Part shown: in pieces, positions 57,988 through 64,000 of the stretch
Layout: each line of letters opens with the position of its first letter
Position numbering within the stretch: the stretch's first letter is position 1
Source: an uncultured Nitrososphaerota archaeon
GTDB lineage: Archaea > Asgardarchaeota > Njordarchaeia > Njordarchaeales > Njordarchaeaceae
Reading direction: 5' to 3'
Assembly (NCBI GenBank): GCA_964518475.1
Contig: CAZFGR010000001.1
Location: 96,001 to 160,000, forward strand
DNA length: 64,000 nucleotides
Translations under genes and position numbers: made by a program
The notes under the pieces: generated by a model
What the model saw: only the letters and a program-made list of their open reading frames with translations
Database searches by the model: none
What the model was told of the DNA's origin: nothing

Positions 57988-59880
57988 CTACTCGATTATC
58001 TTGAAGAGATCAGAAACTTTGTGTCCTGGTTTTCCGATAACTGTGTATTTGATCTTGTACTCCGATTTCGCTGGAATCTCTTTGATAATCCATCTAACCT
58101 CTAATCCCCCTACTACCTCCTCAACGCTCTCCGCTGCAGGTTCTGCTTTCTCTGCTATAAAATCAAATGTTTCAGGTATGCGTTCTATAAATTCATAGTT
58201 TTCTACGGGTAGGTCGCCTTCATTCTTAAGCGTAACGATAACTACATACTCATTCTCGGTCTCCCCTGGTTCGACCTCTTTGCTCTTCGCGATTTTCCTA
58301 AGAGCCTCCATGGTTTCAAGCTTTGGTACTTCATCCAGTACTATCCTCAGAGGCCTTGTATCGGGAGAGAACGCGATTTCTGCTTCAGCAGGGAACTCAT
58401 AAATAACTCCTGGTTTGGGATCTACTGATTGAATTGTATATCTTATAATAATGGATTCACCACGCAACAAGGGTTCTCCAAGTATCTCTTTGAACCCAGT
58501 CATCACGATTCTTAGCGTATGCTCTTTTGATGGATCTGGATCTTGAGGAGACACGTCTATCTGTACCATCTCTGGAGGGAGTTCAAATTCTCCACCGCCT
58601 TTTACTGCGTATACTTTAACATTAACTGGTCGTGGAGGCTTAAAGTCTGCAGGTATTTTTGCTGTTACAACGACCCTATCTAGCGACGCACTTCCTAAGT
58701 TATCAATCCTAACTGTTGCATGGATATTCTCCGCTAAGTGTCCGACTAATTGATGCTCAGTTAATCCTTTAATGTAGGGTGGGTGTTCAACTTTCAGTTC
58801 CTTAGTAATTCTACCCCAGACCACCGGAATTTCTATATCTTCTATTCTGAATTCGCCCGCGGTTCTCTTTATTACCTCTGGTATAATCCATACTTTCAAA
58901 TTCGTGACAAGTTTAGGCTCCGCTTCATGCGCTATCGTAAATGGACCAATTCTAGCGGTTTCTGCTGGATTTACAATTACTGGTTCCCAGATGATTGTAT
59001 CATAGTCTCTCTTGCCCGGAATTTTTCTTTCAATAGAACCTTTGATCTCCGCTCCACCTTCTTCCGGTGATAGTGCTTTTCCTTCCACCACACCTATTTC
59101 CGCTATTACTTTGATAGGTGCCTTACTCTTATTATCGACGATTATGTAATAATCCCAAACTCCTCTATGCTCTAATCTTTCCGTTTTATCAACATGGTGA
59201 ATAACATTCAATACTCCTTTTACTTCCTCCACATCAAGACCGCTTACAGTGAGCCCTTCAGAGAAATATCTGTATACAACGACACCTGATCTAAACGCCT
59301 CTTCACTTTTCGCCGAAACTGTTGCATCAATCTCTACTTTAGTTTCTTCGTGTGGCCTAACTATAAGACCCTCTATTATTAATCTAGAATCTTCTGTTCT
59401 TATAGAACCGCTTTCTAGTGTTGGAAGGTTTACTATCTTTATTTGGTCTGGGATAGGCTTAGCTATATTCAATGCGAATTCTTTATCTGTAGAATTCTTT
59501 ATCATGAGTCTTATCTTTATTGGAATATCTTCCTGCATCAACGCTATAGGTCGAGCAAAATCTTCCGGAAAAACTAATTGCTCTATTACTGATACCGCAC
59601 GTGCTACTTCCTTTAACTTATATTCTACTTCCTTGGGTCCTTTTACTGGATCATATTTAGGCACAAAACCTACGAAGACTTTCTTTTCTAGGTTTGTTTT
59701 TTCGAAATTCTTTAGGGAAATTTCTAGATCGTATATAGGACTCTCGGTCGCATTCGCTACTAGAATCTTCCCACTATTTCTTAGCTCGCGTTCTTGTCCT
59801 TCATGTGAGAGCACTCCTTCTTGCTTCTCAGCCAGAATTATAATTAATCCTTCTTTCTCAGGTATCTTTTCAAGTTCCAT
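57988..59880 (-). CDS. Cytoplasmic all-beta protein with mu-homology-domain-like N-terminal half and two DUF11-like Ig repeats
   Basis: No signal peptide; LAEKQEGVLSHEG...SGKILV, FSEGLTVSGLDVE and IKRTAGEF resemble MHD strands. Confidence 0.55.
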   Translation of the reverse strand: MELEKIPEKEGLIIILAEKQEGVLSHEGQERELRNSGKILVANATESPIYDLEISLKNFEKTNLEKKVFVGFVPKYDPVKGPKEVEYKLKEVARAVSVIEQLVFPEDFARPIALMQEDIPIKIRLMIKNSTDKEFALNIAKPIPDQIKIVNLPTLESGSIRTEDSRLIIEGLIVRPHEETKVEIDATVSAKSEEAFRSGVVVYRYFSEGLTVSGLDVEEVKGVLNVIHHVDKTERLEHRGVWDYYIIVDNKSKAPIKVIAEIGVVEGKALSPEEGGAEIKGSIERKIPGKRDYDTIIWEPVIVNPAETARIGPFTIAHEAEPKLVTNLKVWIIPEVIKRTAGEFRIEDIEIPVVWGRITKELKVEHPPYIKGLTEHQLVGHLAENIHATVRIDNLGSASLDRVVVTAKIPADFKPPRPVNVKVYAVKGGGEFELPPEMVQIDVSPQDPDPSKEHTLRIVMTGFKEILGEPLLRGESIIIRYTIQSVDPKPGVIYEFPAEAEIAFSPDTRPLRIVLDEVPKLETMEALRKIAKSKEVEPGETENEYVVIVTLKNEGDLPVENYEFIERIPETFDFIAEKAEPAAESVEEVVGGLEVRWIIKEIPAKSEYKIKYTVIGKPGHKVSDLFKIIE

Positions 59881-59984
59881 GCAACTCCCTCAAGAATACC
59901 TTTTCTAGAGACTTTCGGGATATCAGGATTTTGCAAGTATCATAAAAGCAATACCTTATTAATTATTTATAACTTTCATGCAAC

Positions 59985-60470
59985 TTACTCTTTCGCAAAA
60001 ATAAAACGCAATAAAAGGGAAACACTTAGCAGGAGTATCATTCCTGTTGTATATTCATGAAAATAATGCTCAAAAAACATATTAAGGATTTGGTACGAAG
60101 ATTCCGTAAGTAAATTAGTAATTGGACCTAATTCTGTATAAAGTACAACAAGTATAAAAACAGAATTAAATATAATTACTTGCCATAAAACTTCGCTCCC
60201 CGACTCTGAAGACAATGCTATTAAAGCGCAAGCTACCATGATACTAGAAATCAACACCATTGCATCAGGACTTATTAGGAGGCCGGGATTATTTATATAC
60301 TCGGATATACTCGCTAAGAACTCTACATACTTCTGAGAGAAAGCAAAGAATGTAACAAATTCTGAGAAAGTTTTAGTAACGATGCTCTTAATCGCTAATG
60401 CCAACGTATATAGGCTGAAGGTAAGCCACGCTATAAAAAGAGAGTTTACGATAGCTTTTGTGAAACTCAT
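59985..60470 (-). CDS. Membrane protein (~4 TM)
   Basis: Four hydrophobic segments; start overlaps the TPR gene stop. Confidence 0.7.
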   Translation of the reverse strand: MSFTKAIVNSLFIAWLTFSLYTLALAIKSIVTKTFSEFVTFFAFSQKYVEFLASISEYINNPGLLISPDAMVLISSIMVACALIALSSESGSEVLWQVIIFNSVFILVVLYTELGPITNLLTESSYQILNMFFEHYFHEYTTGMILLLSVSLLLRFIFAKE

Positions 60471-61627
60471 ACAGAGCCCCTTTGCGTCTCAATTATTGCT
60501 CTAATTAGTTCAATAGAAAAGCTTATCATCTCATTCTGTGAGTTTAATTTTGCCGCTCTTAATAGCGCTTCAAGACTCTTTAATTTCTTACCATTCATGA
60601 TAGCTGCGAGGCCAAGGCCATACCATATTCTAGCATTCCTCCTATTTAATTGTAAAAGCGCTTTAAATGCTTTTTCAGCATCTTTCCATCTCTCTCCCAA
60701 GTATAGTGCCCAAGCCCTAGCATACCAACATGGGAAACAGCTCGCATTTAATCTCAATGCTTCATTAATGAACTCTAATCCTTTTTCTATATCCCCTACT
60801 CTAACGTAGATGACTCCTATGTTATGGTGAAGAATTCCAAGTGTTTTCTTATCTGCTATCTCTCTTTCTTTAAGTTCAATTAATAATCGCTCGAAAATAT
60901 TATATGCTCTCAGGAGATTTCCTTCACAATATTCAAGTTTTCCCGCCGCTAGGAGAGAAAAAACATCATCGCACTTCCCGTCTTTTTGAGTGGAATTTAT
61001 CAAATTTCGTGCCTCTTGAACGTTACCTAGGGATAGACTGGTGATTCCTAGAATACGTCGCACTCTAGTTTTTGTTTCATTATCTAATTCTCCTCTTTTA
61101 ATAACTTCTTTTAGGACTTTGTAGAGTAGTTTCCGTGTCTCCCGCCTAAAAGGCAGTACTACGAAACCATCCTTTTCTGTTGTGAGAAGTCTCTGAAGCT
61201 TGTTTAAATCGTCATCATCGTATTGATTAAGGAAAGCCTCTAGTGAGAGCTCTATGTTTGGTATAAGTTCCCAATCGATTGGGCACGCATATATATCCTC
61301 AAAGAATTTCTCTTCGAAAAATTTGATAGCATTCGAAAAACTATCTGTAAAAGCCTCTAAGAAAAGATAGAGAGCTACTAAATCTTTCAATTCCTCCGTT
61401 TTTCTCGAACTTTTCCAAATATTTGATTGATCTAGAAAGTTTTTTAGTATCTGCTTAGCCTCAGACAAATTACCTTTTTTTATGAGAGTCAAGACTAAGT
61501 TATTGACGACTACTACGTTAGTGCTGTTTCTTAGATATAATTCTTTAAAAGCTTTCTCAGCTCGCTCATAATCACCATCAAGGAAGGAAAGGAATCCCTC
61601 TATGAAGCGTTCTTTGAAATTATTCAC
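60467..61627 (-). CDS. Tetratricopeptide repeat protein
   Basis: HNIGVIY...ALRLN, WYARAWAL...AF, IWYGLGLA. Confidence 0.88.
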   Translation of the reverse strand: MNNFKERFIEGFLSFLDGDYERAEKAFKELYLRNSTNVVVVNNLVLTLIKKGNLSEAKQILKNFLDQSNIWKSSRKTEELKDLVALYLFLEAFTDSFSNAIKFFEEKFFEDIYACPIDWELIPNIELSLEAFLNQYDDDDLNKLQRLLTTEKDGFVVLPFRRETRKLLYKVLKEVIKRGELDNETKTRVRRILGITSLSLGNVQEARNLINSTQKDGKCDDVFSLLAAGKLEYCEGNLLRAYNIFERLLIELKEREIADKKTLGILHHNIGVIYVRVGDIEKGLEFINEALRLNASCFPCWYARAWALYLGERWKDAEKAFKALLQLNRRNARIWYGLGLAAIMNGKKLKSLEALLRAAKLNSQNEMISFSIELIRAIIETQRGSV

Positions 61628-61845
61628 GGTTCTCCCCCTTAATTTTGCCTTTGTTTTCTGAAATTAACTTTGTTTTTCGATGGGAAAATCCTTGTATGAT
61701 TTTTCCAAGAGATCCCCAAAACCTCTATGAGTACTAGTATAATACTGTCATAGTCTTATATTATGTCTATCGCACAGTGATAGAAAAAATCTTAATGTAC
61801 TGATACTCTATTTGAGGATAGCGAAATTTTCAAGGAGGTTCACTT

Positions 61846-63162
61846 TTGAGAAAGATTAAGTACTTTACAAGCGAGATTAGTCCAGACATGGAAGGTAGGA
61901 AGGTTAGGATCGCTGGATGGGTTATTAGAGTGCGAGATTTAGGAAAAATAGTATTTGTTCGAATAAGAGATCGAGAAGGCGAGGCTCAGATAATTTTCAA
62001 GAAAGGGCTTGTAGATGACGATTTAATTACGCTCGCCAAGAATTTAAACCCAGCCTCCTCGATTATTGTTGACGGAATTGTAAAGAAAGCTGATACACCC
62101 GAAGGTTTTGAAATACTACCAGAAACAATATATGTGATTCCATCAGATGCACCCCTCCCTGTCGATCTCTTTCAGGAAACTACCGAATTAGATAAACGAA
62201 TACGTTACCGTACTCTGGATCTCCGAATTTTGAGAAATGCAGGGATATTTAAGTTAAGATCTTTACTCGTTAATGCATTCCGAGAATTTCTCTTAAACAA
62301 TGGTTTTGTTGAAATACATACACCAGTAATTGCACTTTATGTTGCAGAAGGCGGTGCAAATGTTTTCCAAGTCGATTATTTTGGTAGAAAAGCTTATCTA
62401 AGACAAAGTCCTCAACTATACAAACAATTGATGGCAGGTGCCTTAGAAAGAGTATTTGAAATAGGTCCTGCTTTTAGAGCAGAACCATCATATACTATTA
62501 GGCACTTAACAGAGTTTACTTCTCTAGACGTGGAGATGGCATGGATTGAAGGAGTAGAAGATCTACTAGATTTGTTAGAAGACTTAATGATCTACATCAT
62601 TCGAAAAGTTCGATATGAAGGGAGAAAAATTTTTGAAGCTCTTGAAAAAGAACTTCCAGATATTCCAGAGAAACCATTTCCAGTAATGAGTTATAAAGAA
62701 GCAACTCTCCTCCTCAAACAAGCGGGAATTCCACTTGAAGGAAAAGAAATACCTCATACTGGTGAGAAGTATCTTGGGGAAGTCATTAAAAAGAAAACAG
62801 GATCAGATTTCTTCTTTATAACTGACTTCCCGTGGGATATCAGACCATTCTATACTATGAAATACGAGATACTCGGAAATAATGAAATAGTAACTAAGAG
62901 TATGGACTTATTGTATAAAGGAATGGAAATCGCTACAGGAAGTCAGAGAGAACATAGATATGATGTACTAGTTAAGCAGATGCGAGAGAAAGGCCTAAAC
63001 CCAGAGAGATTCGGCTATTATCTCAAAGCCTTTAAATACGGTATGCCACCTCACGGCGGTTTTGCAATTGGATTAGATAGACTAACAATGCTTATGCTCG
63101 ATCTTAAGAACGTCAGAGAAGCTGTATTGTTCCCTCGAGATCCAGAAACTTTAGAGCCTTAA
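61846..63162 (+). CDS. aspS: Aspartate--tRNA ligase (archaeal type, possibly non-discriminating)
   Basis: OB fold, QSPQLYKQ, FRAE, RHLTEF, GMPPHGG, FPRD. Confidence 0.95.
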   Translation: MRKIKYFTSEISPDMEGRKVRIAGWVIRVRDLGKIVFVRIRDREGEAQIIFKKGLVDDDLITLAKNLNPASSIIVDGIVKKADTPEGFEILPETIYVIPSDAPLPVDLFQETTELDKRIRYRTLDLRILRNAGIFKLRSLLVNAFREFLLNNGFVEIHTPVIALYVAEGGANVFQVDYFGRKAYLRQSPQLYKQLMAGALERVFEIGPAFRAEPSYTIRHLTEFTSLDVEMAWIEGVEDLLDLLEDLMIYIIRKVRYEGRKIFEALEKELPDIPEKPFPVMSYKEATLLLKQAGIPLEGKEIPHTGEKYLGEVIKKKTGSDFFFITDFPWDIRPFYTMKYEILGNNEIVTKSMDLLYKGMEIATGSQREHRYDVLVKQMREKGLNPERFGYYLKAFKYGMPPHGGFAIGLDRLTMLMLDLKNVREAVLFPRDPETLEP

Positions 63163-63255
63163 CCTAGTCAGTAGCTTTCCCAATCTCCATAAATTTATTT
63201 ATTTAACATCTCATAGTATGTTGTCACCAATAATGAAATCGCCGAGGGATATCTA

Positions 63256-63882
63256 ATGTTCTTCTTAGTGAAGACTAGGATAACTGTGCCAATAAGTCCC
63301 GAGAAACTAGATCCCTCGAAAGATATAGACAAGATAATCTTAGATACCCTCCAAAAACGTTTAGAAGGAAGCGTTATAGAGAAGCTAGGACTAGTTATTG
63401 CAGTGATTGATGCTGAACCAAGCGATGTTGGTAAGATCTTTTACAAAACTCCAGAAGTTTATTTCGAGACAATAGCTAGCCTACTCGTATTTCGACCAAT
63501 AGAAGAAGAAATTATCGAGGGACCAATAGCAGAGGTAACTCAATCGGATGTATATGTGACCATTGGAAGCATCGACGCCAGATGTCCTGTAACACAACTA
63601 TACGACGATAAGTTTCATTATGATGTGCGAAATAAAATGCTCCGAGGACGTAATAGTAAACTGATAATTAAAGTAGGAGATAAAATTAGAGCGAAAATAA
63701 GAAGAACTGAATTCAGAATCCCCCAGATAATTCCCCCCTTAAGAAGGGGGTTAACTATAGTTCCGCCAATCGAGATACGTCAAAAATCGGAGATAAGGAT
63801 ATTATTAAATGCCAGAGAGACGGGACTGGGTCCTCTAAAAGTTTTGAAACAAGTAAGAAAAGATATTTTGAAGTCAATATAG
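63256..63882 (+). CDS. rpoE1: RNA polymerase subunit Rpo7 (E')
   Basis: LGLVIAV, FRPIEEEIIEG, S1 domain (KVGDKIRAKI), GLG near the C-terminus. Confidence 0.9.
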   Translation: MFFLVKTRITVPISPEKLDPSKDIDKIILDTLQKRLEGSVIEKLGLVIAVIDAEPSDVGKIFYKTPEVYFETIASLLVFRPIEEEIIEGPIAEVTQSDVYVTIGSIDARCPVTQLYDDKFHYDVRNKMLRGRNSKLIIKVGDKIRAKIRRTEFRIPQIIPPLRRGLTIVPPIEIRQKSEIRILLNARETGLGPLKVLKQVRKDILKSI

Positions 63883-64000
63883 TCAGTTAGAAGACTATTT
63901 TAATAAAGGGAGTTAGTAGGTAGAGTCTTATTAATACGAAAAACCCATTCCTAAAAATGCATAGAATAGGTGCCGTATTATGTTAATGGGGCGCGATTTT

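Overview
Gene-dense, AT-rich archaeal housekeeping region with many eukaryotic-signature genes, which points to an Asgard-type archaeon (inferred from gene content). These are ESCRT-II Vps22/36 and Vps25, ESCRT-III, Vps4, a presenilin-like protease, a TRAP-beta-like protein, a candidate mu-homology-domain protein, small GTPases and an unsplit Rpo1. It also carries ribosomal, RNA polymerase and translation genes, tRNA-Arg(GCG, with intron), tRNA-Ala(CGC), SRP RNA, two clear C/D guide RNAs, one weaker C/D candidate and one H/ACA-like RNA. No CRISPR array or mobile element was seen. Top signal: tRNA-Ala(CGC) has a Watson-Crick A3-U70 pair instead of the near-universal G3:U70 identity wobble, and the adjacent, divergently transcribed AlaRS has Ile in place of the Asp that reads G3. 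This suggests a co-evolved G3:U70-independent alanylation system. Other highlights are an SRP RNA whose Alu UGU motif is replaced by a hairpin, a -1 slippery site at the AAA/VWA junction of a MoxR-VWA fusion, an NSUN6-like protein lacking both catalytic cysteines, and a likely CTG start for vps22. All family calls are from motif recognition by eye; no searches were run.
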